DNA of 64,000 nt from Candidatus Cloacimonadota bacterium. GTDB lineage: Bacteria > Cloacimonadota > Cloacimonadia > JGIOTU-2. This document shows, in pieces, positions 49,714 to 60,176 of this stretch. Under the pieces are notes generated by a model. That model was not told the origin of the DNA and ran no database searches. It saw only the letters and a list, made by a program, of their open reading frames with translations. Location of the stretch: positions 1 to 64,000 of the forward strand of contig JBNGBT010000003.1 of assembly GCA_049903315.1 (NCBI GenBank), in the 5' to 3' direction. The translations under genes and the position numbers were made by a program. Each line of letters starts with the position of its first letter. Within the stretch, counting starts at the first letter, position 1.

Positions 49714-51187
49714 TCGATCGCGCTCTTTTTTTATTTTCGTCTATCATATCCTGAATAATTATCATTTTGAGTCTCTGCATAAGGGCGGCAATGATCCAGA
49801 ATTGTCCTGCTATTTCGAGAGAATTCATTCTTGAACCAAACATACATGCAACGGCAAGTCCAATGATACTTCCCATAAAACCAAGAGCACAACCTTTAAA
49901 GAAATTATCTTTTGAATTCCGGAATACCCATAAGGTTGTTAGAAAAACAACCACAAGCAGGGAGAGGAACACCAGTAAGGCGAATAGGCCCATCTCTGCA
50001 GCGATTCTAAGATATGTATTATGGGCATCACGAGGGACATCGATTTCTGAGTAATCCATAATGTAGTAGTTGAACGTTCCAAAACCAAATCCAAGAACAG
50101 GATTTTGCTTTATCATGTTTATTGCGCCCTTCCAGATTATGATTCTATCAGCTGAGCTTTTGTCAACTGTCTCTTCCACGGATTGTTCTAAATAGGTCTG
50201 CTGCTTTGAAAATGTAGACCTAAATCTTCCCTCAATACTCTCAGGTAGTATCGAGGGATTAATGAAGATAAGGATGACAAGGAGGATTCCCGGAATAATC
50301 AACTTTTTGCTTCTTGATATCACCGCAATAAATAAGGTGCCCGTTCCAAATGCAAGCCATGTCCCTCGGGAATATGTAACATGAGCACCTCTTGCACATA
50401 GCAGGAAGAGGAGCATATAAGCCCAGCTTTTAATTTTATGCACATTATAAACAAATACTCCGAGAAGTAAGGGTCCATAATTAACAAAAAAAGTACCAAG
50501 AGTATTTGGATTACCCGCAATTCCACCAATTCTAGCTTTTGTCCACGTTGAAACATTACCAACATCTGCATGTTCACGAAGTGTGATCAAAGCTACGACA
50601 ACAACGGAAATCATGATGATAGTCAAAACCTTTTTAACAGATTCTCTATCTCGCACATTGTTAACAACAACAACATACAAAAACATGGGGACATACCATC
50701 TCCAAAAAATAAAAATTGGACTCTCACCACCAAGATGTCCTAACAAAAAACTTCCTTGTATCAGGGAAATTATACCTAATAGAGCAAAAAGTAACAAAGG
50801 AAAGTTCAAGGGGGTACTTACAAGGAAACGCTCTTTACCTGATTCATGGCTAACGAACCATGCAAATAGTGTGATTAAAAGAAGCGCATTAGTGAAGTTC
50901 ACTGCAGTGGTGAGATCACCAATGATGATTTTACTAAATGGGACATAGAGAGCAATTGCATATATTGGAATTTCTGGTTTACTCAACGAAAAGAAGAAAA
51001 CAAGTGATAAAGCAAAATAACAAAAGGCGATAAACATCCTTGATTCAATATCAAGATAAACGACGATGGCTTGTAAAATGATAAAAAAGGAAACGATAAA
51101 ATAAAATAATCTATTGCTTGTTAAGGATTGTATAGCTGTACCTGATTGGAATCCAGGTGCATAGGTCAATGTTCCTTGGTTTATCAT
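49697..51187 (-). CDS. O-antigen ligase/Wzy polymerase family membrane protein
   Basis: About 12 TM segments, GNPN, TYSRG, RIIIW, LGFGFGTF, AHNTYLRIAAEMG. Confidence 0.88.
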   Translation of the reverse strand: MINQGTLTYAPGFQSGTAIQSLTSNRLFYFIVSFFIILQAIVVYLDIESRMFIAFCYFALSLVFFFSLSKPEIPIYAIALYVPFSKIIIGDLTTAVNFTNALLLITLFAWFVSHESGKERFLVSTPLNFPLLLFALLGIISLIQGSFLLGHLGGESPIFIFWRWYVPMFLYVVVVNNVRDRESVKKVLTIIMISVVVVALITLREHADVGNVSTWTKARIGGIAGNPNTLGTFFVNYGPLLLGVFVYNVHKIKSWAYMLLFLLCARGAHVTYSRGTWLAFGTGTLFIAVISRSKKLIIPGILLVILIFINPSILPESIEGRFRSTFSKQQTYLEQSVEETVDKSSADRIIIWKGAINMIKQNPVLGFGFGTFNYYIMDYSEIDVPRDAHNTYLRIAAEMGLFALLVFLSLLVVVFLTTLWVFRNSKDNFFKGCALGFMGSIIGLAVACMFGSRMNSLEIAGQFWIIAALMQRLKMIIIQDMIDENKKRARSNEELQ

Positions 51188-51274
51188 ATTAATAAAATCT
51201 TATTCGAAGTATTATTTAAATTACCAGATTAAGTTTTTGAGTATTGATTAGCTTTAATAACAATGAAAAAATTA

Positions 51275-52342
51275 TTATCCCATCTTAGGTATAACTCCCA
51301 CAACAGGAACGCTAAGCAATCTTTCTATGTCAATGGGTTTTTTAACATAATCCTTTAGGAAATCAACCATAATAGGAAGACCGATTGCCACAAAAAGTGC
51401 AAAAATGAATCCGATAAGCCTTGTTTTCATAGTACTGGATCCAGTAGGCTTGTCTGCAACTTGAGGAACATCAATTACTTGAATATCACTTTTAACAAGT
51501 CTATCCCAAACAAGAATTTCTCTTAATTTATTATACCATGCATTATAGTTTGCTCTACAGGACTTGACCTCTGATGAAAGTCTTGCTAGCTCCGGATCGA
51601 TCTGCTCGACCTCCCACTCCTCTTGATAATCATAATGGACGGGAATACCAATATATTGCTTGTATTTGATATAATTTTCTTCTGCAGTGTTGAGTTTTTG
51701 AGATGCAGTTTCAAGTTCTTCTTCAATAAATTTCTTTGCAGATATTGCATCTTCCTTATTTTCTTGTAGATTCATCCCCTGCCAAAGGGTAATATAGGCA
51801 TCAACTATTTCGTAGGAAATTTCCGGATCTTGTGTTGTGGCCGATATTGTAAGCACACCATCTCCCCGATATCTAATAGAGGTGCTTTCTTCAACTCTGG
51901 CAAGAACACTTTTTTCCATTTCTTGCGTACTTTGATTATCATCTGCCGATTTCCCCAAAATTCTCTTAAAAGAATTATAGGCCTTTGTGCCAATTAATTT
52001 TTTAATTCTTTGCATTACCCGTTCTTTTAAATTAAGAGTGTTATACAATTCAAAAAAAGTTTTTTCGGGAAGAGATCTAATTACAGCCTTAGAAAAATCC
52101 AATGAGCGCAAGCGCACCATTTCTTTTGTAATATCAATACGTGATGAGCCGCGCCTGAAAATGATTTCCTCACTCTTTAAAGGCACTTTTTCAATAAATA
52201 GTATTGCCTCACTCTTATAATTAGAAACAATCTCAAAGCTAATAAAAAATATTGGGATAAAAATACATAAGAAGACAATGATAATCTGCTTCTTGTGCTC
52301 CTTAAGTACTTGAGTATATTCGGTTAAGTCAATTTGCTGCAT
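51275..52342 (-). CDS. Polysaccharide co-polymerase (Wzz/Wzc membrane domain)
   Basis: IDL start, two TMs, coiled coil, C-terminal DIERLLSVPVVGVIP activator-like tail. Confidence 0.85.
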   Translation of the reverse strand: MQQIDLTEYTQVLKEHKKQIIIVFLCIFIPIFFISFEIVSNYKSEAILFIEKVPLKSEEIIFRRGSSRIDITKEMVRLRSLDFSKAVIRSLPEKTFFELYNTLNLKERVMQRIKKLIGTKAYNSFKRILGKSADDNQSTQEMEKSVLARVEESTSIRYRGDGVLTISATTQDPEISYEIVDAYITLWQGMNLQENKEDAISAKKFIEEELETASQKLNTAEENYIKYKQYIGIPVHYDYQEEWEVEQIDPELARLSSEVKSCRANYNAWYNKLREILVWDRLVKSDIQVIDVPQVADKPTGSSTMKTRLIGFIFALFVAIGLPIMVDFLKDYVKKPIDIERLLSVPVVGVIPKMG

Positions 52343-52345
52343 ATC

Positions 52346-53011
52346 TTACTTTACCTCTATTATACCTTTTTTCTTCTTCTCCTGAGGAACAAATTTATTA
52401 TTCATTACCACTCCAAAAATGCTGCTTCCTGCCAGATTTATCAACTCATTTGATTTTAATACAGAATTCTTTCTTGTGCGTCTGGCAAGTACGACGAGTA
52501 AAACGATGTCCATTAACGAACTGAGGATCGCAGGATCAATATTTCCTCTGTTAGATGCCAATATTGGAGAAGATTCAACCATGGTAATATCTGCAGACTG
52601 ACGGAATTCTTCTATCACGAATCGCAGATCATTAAAAGATTGAGCAACAATGCCTCCATAGGTTCCGCTTGTGATGATTTTGAGGTTTGGAAAATCTGTG
52701 GTTTTTAAAGCGTCTTCGTAATGGACTTTATCATTGATAATATCAGTAACTCCGTTTTCTTTTGGGAGTCCAAATATTTTATGCAACTGTGGATTTCTGA
52801 GGTTCATGTCTACCAGGAGAATTCTCTGGGGAGTGTTTTTGATGAAATTCAAGGCAAGGTTTACTGCCATGAAGGTTTTTCCTTCTGCATCACCGCTGCT
52901 TGTAAAGAGAATCGTTTTACCATTCTGCTTTTGAATTTCCTTGGAAATAATCTTGTTCATTCTATTGAATTCTACAAAATTATACGTTTTGAGATCTTTT
53001 GTTGGGTTCAT
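52346..53011 (-). CDS. CpsD/CapB-family tyrosine-kinase-like protein (degenerate motifs)
   Basis: TSSGDAEGKT, NLA, LLVDMNLRNP, GVVMN; no C-terminal Tyr cluster. Confidence 0.82.
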   Translation of the reverse strand: MNPTKDLKTYNFVEFNRMNKIISKEIQKQNGKTILFTSSGDAEGKTFMAVNLALNFIKNTPQRILLVDMNLRNPQLHKIFGLPKENGVTDIINDKVHYEDALKTTDFPNLKIITSGTYGGIVAQSFNDLRFVIEEFRQSADITMVESSPILASNRGNIDPAILSSLMDIVLLVVLARRTRKNSVLKSNELINLAGSSIFGVVMNNKFVPQEKKKKGIIEVK

Positions 53012-53014
53012 AGT

Positions 53015-54178
53015 TTATTGTTTTGAAAGTAAATAGAGCGTGGAAAATGCAGAAACAAGATATAATAAGTCTTTCAGGAAATCAATTGAGCCTTTCCATG
53101 CCTTGAAAAGCCAGGTCTTTCTTTGCTCTGGCACATAAATTGTCTCACCGGCCCCGACAAATGGAATATCCTGGAAGTTCTTGTTTTCAATAAATTTTTC
53201 AAGATCCACTACTTTTGACCTGTAATTTCCATCTTTTAATTTTTTAACTAAGAAAATATGTTGTAGGTCTGCGCTTGTAGTCGTGCCCCCTGCAGAAATT
53301 AGAACATCGAGAAGGTTGCTGCCCTTAACCGGTTCTAACATGCTGGGATTTCGAACCATTCCTGCAACCCGGATCTTCTCTTCTGTATCAGTTTCAAGTT
53401 TTTCTTGAGGAGGTGTGTATGCACCAAGTGTTCTTTTTATTGAACCCAAGCGAGGTGTCATTGGCACAACGATGATGTCTTTTGATTTTATTTGTGGTAA
53501 TATATTATAGTCCGTAGACGTAAGAAAGGTGAACATGTCCACCAAAATGGTCTTCTGTTCAGCCGATTTCAGATTATACATTGTTCTATACAAGTTAACT
53601 TCATTAAGAATTGAACCATCAATCATGCCGCCGGCAGCAACAAAAGCTCCCTGTATACCAGCATTTTCTGGTAATAGATACCATCCTGGGGTGACCACAT
53701 ATCCTAATACCTGAATGTATTTCTTTTTTTCTTTTATCTGAACTTGAACGTCGTCCTGCTTTCTCAAATAGAGCGGCAGGCTGAAGAATATTGATTTTTC
53801 CAACTCTCCGATAGTGAGCCCTTCTGCCATGAAATTACCGAGTTTTGGAAGTGTAATATATCCTTCAAAGTTAACTTCATATGTGCTGAATTCTTTTTCA
53901 TCAGGCAATTTAATTATAAGGATATCACCACCGGTAATATAATAGGTTCGTTCTTCAGCAGACAAAAAATCAAGGTTGCCATCTTGAAATTGAAGAGATT
54001 TAAATACTTCTGCACTAATCGGAGGATTTAGTCTGCTGAGGCTTAAGGTCACAATACCAGTATCGTCATCAAGAACATCAATACCATCTTTCTGTGACGA
54101 CACCTCTATACCTCCGGCATAAAGCATGCTTGCAAACAACAAAACAGCTATAAAAGAAATCAGGTATTTTTTGGGCAT
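53015..54178 (-). CDS. Polysaccharide export protein (Wza-like, Poly_export + SLBB domains)
   Basis: Signal peptide, YYITGGDIL, GYITLPKLG, VLGYV..PG, AAGG and SAGG, IYVP. Confidence 0.85.
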   Translation of the reverse strand: MPKKYLISFIAVLLFASMLYAGGIEVSSQKDGIDVLDDDTGIVTLSLSRLNPPISAEVFKSLQFQDGNLDFLSAEERTYYITGGDILIIKLPDEKEFSTYEVNFEGYITLPKLGNFMAEGLTIGELEKSIFFSLPLYLRKQDDVQVQIKEKKKYIQVLGYVVTPGWYLLPENAGIQGAFVAAGGMIDGSILNEVNLYRTMYNLKSAEQKTILVDMFTFLTSTDYNILPQIKSKDIIVVPMTPRLGSIKRTLGAYTPPQEKLETDTEEKIRVAGMVRNPSMLEPVKGSNLLDVLISAGGTTTSADLQHIFLVKKLKDGNYRSKVVDLEKFIENKNFQDIPFVGAGETIYVPEQRKTWLFKAWKGSIDFLKDLLYLVSAFSTLYLLSKQ

Positions 54179-54195
54179 CTATAGAACTCCGCATT

Positions 54196-54224
54196 TATTT
54201 CATATCTGATGAAATATTTGTCAA
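54196..54224 (-). promoter_or_regulatory. Putative wza-operon promoter (-35 TTGACA on the minus strand) next to an 8-bp inverted repeat TATTTCAT-N5-ATGAAATA
   Basis: TGTCAA at 54219-54224; palindrome at 54196-54216. Confidence 0.4.
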
Positions 54225-54312
54225 CTATATTAATATATTATGTACTATTAATATAAGTTTTATACACCGATAAAATGGATATTCTCTCTTTCTTGACATA
54301 CTTTATTTTTGG

Positions 54313-55179
54313 GTGATGAAAGATGTCATGAAACCAAAAAAGATCTTCATGAAAATTAAATTTCGAATATTTATTCTTATAAAAGCATTATTACAGCCAA
54401 TCATTTACTCGAACAAGTTAAAAAAGAAACTAATATTTATTATTGCATGTCAACGTTCCGGAACCAGCATTATGGTTAAGGTATTTGAGAAGGATTTTCG
54501 GACAAAAGTATATGAAGATGAACATAGTGCTATTACATCCGAAGATACTAATAACTTCATCCGTTTTAATTCTTTTGAATCACTCTCTAAGATATTCAAA
54601 AAAGTCCATGCTAAAATAATTATTACAAAACCACTAGTTGAGTTACAGAATATTCTTTCTTTTTTTACATTTTTCCCCGGCTCGGGAGCAATATGGATAT
54701 ACAGAAATTATAAAGATGTTGCTTTCTCAAATATTGCACACTTTGGTGTCAAAAACGGTCACAATAACCTGAGACCTATCTTATCGAACGAGCAAAACAA
54801 CTGGCGCTCTCAAAATCTTCCGGTTGAGATCAGAGAAGTTGTTCAAAAATATTTTGATGAAGAGATGAGCTCTTATGATGCTGCCGCTTTATTCTGGTAT
54901 GTCAGGAATGCCTTGTTTTTTGAGTTGAATCTGGATAAAAGAAACGATGTGACCATGTGTAAGTATGAGGATTTTGTGCAAAAGCCAAAAGATAATATGA
55001 GAAGGATTTACAACTTTTTTCAAATTAACTATCCTGGTGACAAGGTCGTGGATGAAGTCCATGCAAGGGCTACAGGGAAAGGTGAGACTTTAGAATTGTC
55101 CGCTCCAATAGCAGGGCTTTGCAAGAACTTGTATCAAAAAATGGAACAAGCTTACAAAGAGTGTTTAGATAAGCAGTAG
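54313..55179 (+). CDS. PAPS-dependent sulfotransferase family protein
   Basis: IIACQRSGTS (5'-PSB), IYRNYKDVAFS (3'-PB), KYEDFVQKP; exact start uncertain. Confidence 0.85.
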   Translation: MMKDVMKPKKIFMKIKFRIFILIKALLQPIIYSNKLKKKLIFIIACQRSGTSIMVKVFEKDFRTKVYEDEHSAITSEDTNNFIRFNSFESLSKIFKKVHAKIIITKPLVELQNILSFFTFFPGSGAIWIYRNYKDVAFSNIAHFGVKNGHNNLRPILSNEQNNWRSQNLPVEIREVVQKYFDEEMSSYDAAALFWYVRNALFFELNLDKRNDVTMCKYEDFVQKPKDNMRRIYNFFQINYPGDKVVDEVHARATGKGETLELSAPIAGLCKNLYQKMEQAYKECLDKQ

Positions 55180-55201
55180 CAGAATTTTTTTTTATAAAAT
55201 G

Positions 55202-56335
55202 TTAGAACATTCGGCTTAGTTGCCGTGTCGCGTTCCACTGCAAGTCTTTATAATGATCTATTTTGGTTTTAAGGATATTCTGATATAGCTGAATATTATG
55301 GTAGATTTCGTCCAACAAGGATAAGACATTATTCATTTCTACATGATTTGTTTTTATATTAAATTCTTCCATATCCATTGAGAGCATATAATCAAGACAC
55401 TTCGGTCTGTATTCTAGCATAATTGCTGGCGTATAGGCGCAGTGCGCGAGGATTACAGCATGAAGCTTCATGCCAATTAGGACATCACATCCTGAAAGAA
55501 ATTTTAATGTTTTACTAATTGATTTATACCCGTTAAATATTTTGATTGGTTTATTTATCCTTTGCGCTACTTGTGTTATGACTTTCAAGTCTTTTTCCCA
55601 CACTGGAAAGAGTGTGATATTCCATTCTTCTTTTATAAGCTGATTAATCAGTTCTACAATTTGATCGAATAAATTTTCCTCATTTCCCCATATTCTCCCA
55701 CTGCCGGATCCAAAATTAATGGCGAGTAATTTCTTTTTCTGTTTTCTTATTATGCGGTCACCTGATAATGATAAGGCAAGATCTCCAATTATTTCTACGC
55801 GTTCAAATCCACCATCTGCCAGTATTTTTTTTGAAAGAGGTCCTCTTACACTAACATATTCGCATTGTTCGAGCAATTTGATCCAGTTTGCAATATTATT
55901 TTGCCAACCTTCGACATTGTTCCAAAAGAGAGGATTTTTTACTCCACTGCCCAAAGCAAATTTTATTGAATCAGGGTAATTATCAAAAGCTTTGTTAAAT
56001 GTGTCAAAGGAGCCGGGACTATTAATTAATGTACCTCCTCCGAGAGCAACTGCCTGTAATTTTCTAGGTCGTAACTTATCCTCCAGTCGTGGAAAGTTTT
56101 TGATTGTGCTGTAGGGGAATATCTTGTAATTTGAAAACAATTTTTTAAACGAGTAAATCATTGCTTCATCACCAAGGTTATTATGCCCAACCCAGCCGAT
56201 ATACCCGATTGAATTTTGTGATAGACCGGAAATAGTTCGCCAGTGCGATGCGACAAGCCTAAGCAGTTTTATCCGATTAATAACATCCATTTCCATCATC
56301 CAATATTTCCAAGGAGCGTCTATATGTATATGCAC
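55202..56335 (-). CDS. Polysaccharide pyruvyl transferase family protein
   Basis: NNLGDEAM, LGGGTL, SVRGPLS, GMKLHAVILA; start uncertain. Confidence 0.85.
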   Translation of the reverse strand: MHIHIDAPWKYWMMEMDVINRIKLLRLVASHWRTISGLSQNSIGYIGWVGHNNLGDEAMIYSFKKLFSNYKIFPYSTIKNFPRLEDKLRPRKLQAVALGGGTLINSPGSFDTFNKAFDNYPDSIKFALGSGVKNPLFWNNVEGWQNNIANWIKLLEQCEYVSVRGPLSKKILADGGFERVEIIGDLALSLSGDRIIRKQKKKLLAINFGSGSGRIWGNEENLFDQIVELINQLIKEEWNITLFPVWEKDLKVITQVAQRINKPIKIFNGYKSISKTLKFLSGCDVLIGMKLHAVILAHCAYTPAIMLEYRPKCLDYMLSMDMEEFNIKTNHVEMNNVLSLLDEIYHNIQLYQNILKTKIDHYKDLQWNATRQLSRMF

Positions 56336-56338
56336 TCA

Positions 56339-57847
56339 TTATTTGATTGCTGCCCTGATTATCAGTCTTTCATCTTTACTGAAGAAAAAATTATAGCTGA
56401 TCAATACAAAAAAGATCGTTTGTATAAAAGCGATAGTAAAAATAATTTTATACGAAGTGGTTAAAAAACCTTTTGAGATAAAATGATAAACAAATAATAT
56501 TAAAGCCGGACGAATAATATTTAAAAGAAACTGCGAATAGTAATGTTTGAGGTCAAGTTGCAAAATTCTAGAAATATATATTGGTTGGATGATAAGTTTC
56601 ATTATCATCATAGGAATTGCCGTTCCCATCGCAACGCCGCTGATTCCAAATTTTTTTACTAAAAGAAGGCTTAGTACTATGTTGAAAACACCCTCAACGA
56701 TATTAGAGTAAGCCCAGAATTTGGTCTTTGAAATACCGTATAGAACAGTTTTAGTCGGGAACTGTGCTAAAAATATTACTGTCGAGATGGTTATTATAAA
56801 TAGAACCTGATATGCATCCGAGTAATTTCCCCCCATCCATCTTAATATGAAATCTTTGCCGTAAAATATTATTGAAAGTCCAATAAATACAGCTATATAT
56901 GTAGACAACTTTGTCATGAACATAAATTTATCTCGGATGGATTGATAGTTCCCTGCCCCATCTTCCTGGCTGATGTATGTTTGGAAAATGCCAGTAGCGT
57001 TTGTGAAGAACATTATGAAATAAACGATTAAACGAAAACCCACATTGTAATGAGTAACTGCAGCTAAACCAATGAAGGTTGTTATAACAATAGTGTCTAC
57101 CTTGAAACGCAATGTATCTGCAAGTTGCGCAATGAAAGTGAAGAATGAATATGAAAACAGAGTTTTGAATTTACTCTTATCAAAATATTTTAATCCAATT
57201 TTGATTGAAGGATATTTAAAAATAACGTAAATTACATGGAATGCAGATATAAAAATGTTGCAAATAAAATAAATCCACGCAATACTAATAAGGCCATTAC
57301 CGCTACTTACAACGATAAAGATCAATCCATTTTTCAATATCAGAATGATAATGTTTGCCAGCTTAGAGACCATATAGTTCATATGTGCATTCAAAATTGC
57401 ACCAAACACACTAATGGGGGGCGAGATCGCAGTATTGATGCCCAAGATCAGTATTATTGTCTGAAACTGTTTCAAACTCAATGGATTTTTTACAATTATT
57501 TTCGCGCCGAATATTAAACCTACGGTTAGAAACAGCATCGCCACAGAAACACCAAGATATATAAAGAAAGAGGTGCTTGTTATCTTCGACATGCCCTCTT
57601 CATTTTTTTCACCGATAGCCCGGGCTAGATACCGAACAACCGCGGTACTGAAACCCATTCTCAGAAGAACATAGTAATCAAGGAAAGTCATTACAAGTAT
57701 CCATAAACCATAAGTTTTGTCACCCAGGTTGTGGATGAGGAACGGGAGCATGAAAAACCCAATGATAATTTGAAGCACAACTGAAATGGTTATGAGAATA
57801 GAACCTCTGAAAAGTTTAACGCCACGATTTTTCACTGATGATTCCAT
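56339..57847 (-). CDS. Wzx-type oligosaccharide flippase
   Basis: About 12-14 TM segments, LG..YGLW, GFSTAVVRY, LSLLLV.KFGISGVAMGT. Confidence 0.9.
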   Translation of the reverse strand: MESSVKNRGVKLFRGSILITISVVLQIIIGFFMLPFLIHNLGDKTYGLWILVMTFLDYYVLLRMGFSTAVVRYLARAIGEKNEEGMSKITSTSFFIYLGVSVAMLFLTVGLIFGAKIIVKNPLSLKQFQTIILILGINTAISPPISVFGAILNAHMNYMVSKLANIIILILKNGLIFIVVSSGNGLISIAWIYFICNIFISAFHVIYVIFKYPSIKIGLKYFDKSKFKTLFSYSFFTFIAQLADTLRFKVDTIVITTFIGLAAVTHYNVGFRLIVYFIMFFTNATGIFQTYISQEDGAGNYQSIRDKFMFMTKLSTYIAVFIGLSIIFYGKDFILRWMGGNYSDAYQVLFIITISTVIFLAQFPTKTVLYGISKTKFWAYSNIVEGVFNIVLSLLLVKKFGISGVAMGTAIPMMIMKLIIQPIYISRILQLDLKHYYSQFLLNIIRPALILFVYHFISKGFLTTSYKIIFTIAFIQTIFFVLISYNFFFSKDERLIIRAAIK

Positions 57848-57877
57848 ATGTATTAAGTTCTCTTGCTTATGATCATT

Positions 57878-59089
57878 TTAATGTGAGAACTTTCTCGTTA
57901 CTTTATACTGTATCTTTTTTATAAACGGTTTAAGATCCATGAAATTCAGAATTGCAAAAGTTTTTTTACCCCTAATTGATTTAAGCCATTGCCAGAACGT
58001 TAATGACTCTTGCGGATACCCCATTCTTTTAAATCCAACAAGGGAGAGAGAGAGGTCGTCAATAAGCGAAACCCATGTAATGTTCTTACTCTTGTTCGTT
58101 TTACAGAACGATTCTCCGAAATAATCTTTGTATAATATCAAAGGCAGATTGATTCCCGAGGCTTTAACGGAATAATTCCAAACGCCACTTCGAGGATTGA
58201 TTTCCATGAGCTTGTATTGACCATCTCGTTCATCCTTTTTAAACTCAATATTTGAGATACCATAAAACTTGGCAGATTTTACGAGTTTCCGACTGAGGTA
58301 TAGAATTTGAGGAACATTGTCTATTCGCCCAGAGGTTATTGTACCTGCAAAAGGAGGATCTTGCCGGATCTTATGCCCAATGGAATAACTAATGATCTCA
58401 TGATTTCTATTAGTATAAGATGTTATGGTATAGAGGTTCTCGACACTTCCGGGGATGAATTCTTGTATAATGAGCGGTTTTTCAGAAAAAATGGTCGTTG
58501 ATAATTTTGCCCCAAAGGATAATAATTCTTGTTTCGAGTTTATTATGAGCACTTTTTTTCCAAATACTTCTGTAAATCCGATTGTGACTGAAGGTTTGAT
58601 AATAACAGGAAAACCAAGTTGTTCGGTTATACGTTCAATATTTTGAGTGTTTCTCACTTCATATGTACGAGGTTTTTTTATTCCAATAGTCTCAGCAAGA
58701 GCATACAACTTTTCTTTATTTATTAAGTTTTCAAGAGTTGACCACCTTGAAGTTGGAAAGCAGTAATATTCTTCTAATAGCTCTTGATTTTTGCTTATTG
58801 AAATAAGAAATTTATCACTAGTCGCTATCAAAAAACCTTTATACTTTAATCTTCTTCCGAAATTCATTAAAAATTTTATAAATGATCTGTTGTCTCCGAT
58901 TGGACTGGGGCAAATGAGTCCTGTTGAATACCTTGAATACAATGCCACATCTGGATACTCTTCAAAGACAAAGGAATGAATACCTTCTTCGCCAAAACTC
59001 CTGACAACCCCCAGTCCATTTATACCACCACCCAGGATAATTGGAATGCTTTTATAGATAGAAGCTGTCGGATTTTTTGTCAAATCCAT
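57878..59089 (-). CDS. ATP-grasp carboxylate-amine ligase, D-aspartate-ligase-like
   Basis: NGLGVVRSFG, ATSD, PVIIKP, IQEFIPG, NIEFKKDERDGQYKLMEINPR. Confidence 0.85.
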   Translation of the reverse strand: MDLTKNPTASIYKSIPIILGGGINGLGVVRSFGEEGIHSFVFEEYPDVALYSRYSTGLICPSPIGDNRSFIKFLMNFGRRLKYKGFLIATSDKFLISISKNQELLEEYYCFPTSRWSTLENLINKEKLYALAETIGIKKPRTYEVRNTQNIERITEQLGFPVIIKPSVTIGFTEVFGKKVLIINSKQELLSFGAKLSTTIFSEKPLIIQEFIPGSVENLYTITSYTNRNHEIISYSIGHKIRQDPPFAGTITSGRIDNVPQILYLSRKLVKSAKFYGISNIEFKKDERDGQYKLMEINPRSGVWNYSVKASGINLPLILYKDYFGESFCKTNKSKNITWVSLIDDLSLSLVGFKRMGYPQESLTFWQWLKSIRGKKTFAILNFMDLKPFIKKIQYKVTRKFSH

Positions 59090-59093
59090 AACA

Positions 59094-60176
59094 TTAAATT
59101 CTTCTATTGAGCAAATTTAATAATTCGTCATTTGATAACTTGCTCAACCCCAAGTTATTTAAATTACGACCGATTTCTCTGAAGTCAGTTTCTAATAACA
59201 TACTCGCCAGATTAATAATTATCTCTGTATAGTTCATGTACAGGCCGAATTTTTTTCCAATGGCTTCAAGGGGAACTAGTCCGGATGGAATATCTTCAAA
59301 AATATATCGGTGATGCAGCGTTTTCGGAGCGTCGATAGTGGCGTATGATTTAACATTTTGGATACATTCATAAATATTTTTACCATCGACACCATAGCTT
59401 CTTTTAAGCCAACCCGTTAAGGGTTCCACAGGAGAGCCTAGTTTATTTGAGACCTCAATCCTCTCATTGTCTAGATGCTGTAGAAAATGGGCGATACTTT
59501 CCGTTATGCCATTATAATAGTATTTAAAATTCGCATGTTTATATTCTATCCAGCCGGCATTCAGTAAAACCGGAGTACAGTGTAGTATCATGCCAACATT
59601 TCCAATGGAAGTAGCAATCATGGAATCGGTAGGCTTGAAAAAATTTTTCAAACATTGAGGTAAGGCTGTCATTATTCGGTTCAGATCGCTTTTTTTTAAT
59701 GTAGAAATGAGAACATCTTTCTTCACTGCAAGAATTGTTGAGGTATCTTCTGCAATTTTACGGCAAGTAAAAACAATCGTCTGGGTTTCGGCAATTATCG
59801 GGAGTGGTGAGTTTGATTCTCTTAAAGTATTCCCAAAAACAAGAGCACCAAATGTCCTGCCGGGATTAAGAATTATTGGGACATCTGGATCGATGTGTTC
59901 CTTCAAGATATTTGCAATGTCCACATGTGAGTTCGCCGGAGTCGTGACCATTATCAGATCAGTATTCTCGATTGCCTGGTTAATATCAGTAGTAACGACA
60001 TCTAACCTTGCTTCTCCCTGTGAGACACCACCTACTTTAATAGTCTTAGTCTTGATCAATTTTTTGATTGTTTTATGTGATCGATTCCATAATCTAACAG
60101 AGAAGCCGTTCATCGAGAGGTATCCGGAGGTTGCCAAGCCTGAATTCCCTGCTCCAATAACAGTAATATTTTTCAT
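59094..60176 (-). CDS. NAD/NADP octopine/nopaline (opine) dehydrogenase family protein
   Basis: VIGAGNSG Rossmann motif, LNPGRTFGA, AETQT, NVGMILH, RYIFEDIPSGL. Confidence 0.9.
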   Translation of the reverse strand: MKNITVIGAGNSGLATSGYLSMNGFSVRLWNRSHKTIKKLIKTKTIKVGGVSQGEARLDVVTTDINQAIENTDLIMVTTPANSHVDIANILKEHIDPDVPIILNPGRTFGALVFGNTLRESNSPLPIIAETQTIVFTCRKIAEDTSTILAVKKDVLISTLKKSDLNRIMTALPQCLKNFFKPTDSMIATSIGNVGMILHCTPVLLNAGWIEYKHANFKYYYNGITESIAHFLQHLDNERIEVSNKLGSPVEPLTGWLKRSYGVDGKNIYECIQNVKSYATIDAPKTLHHRYIFEDIPSGLVPLEAIGKKFGLYMNYTEIIINLASMLLETDFREIGRNLNNLGLSKLSNDELLNLLNRRI

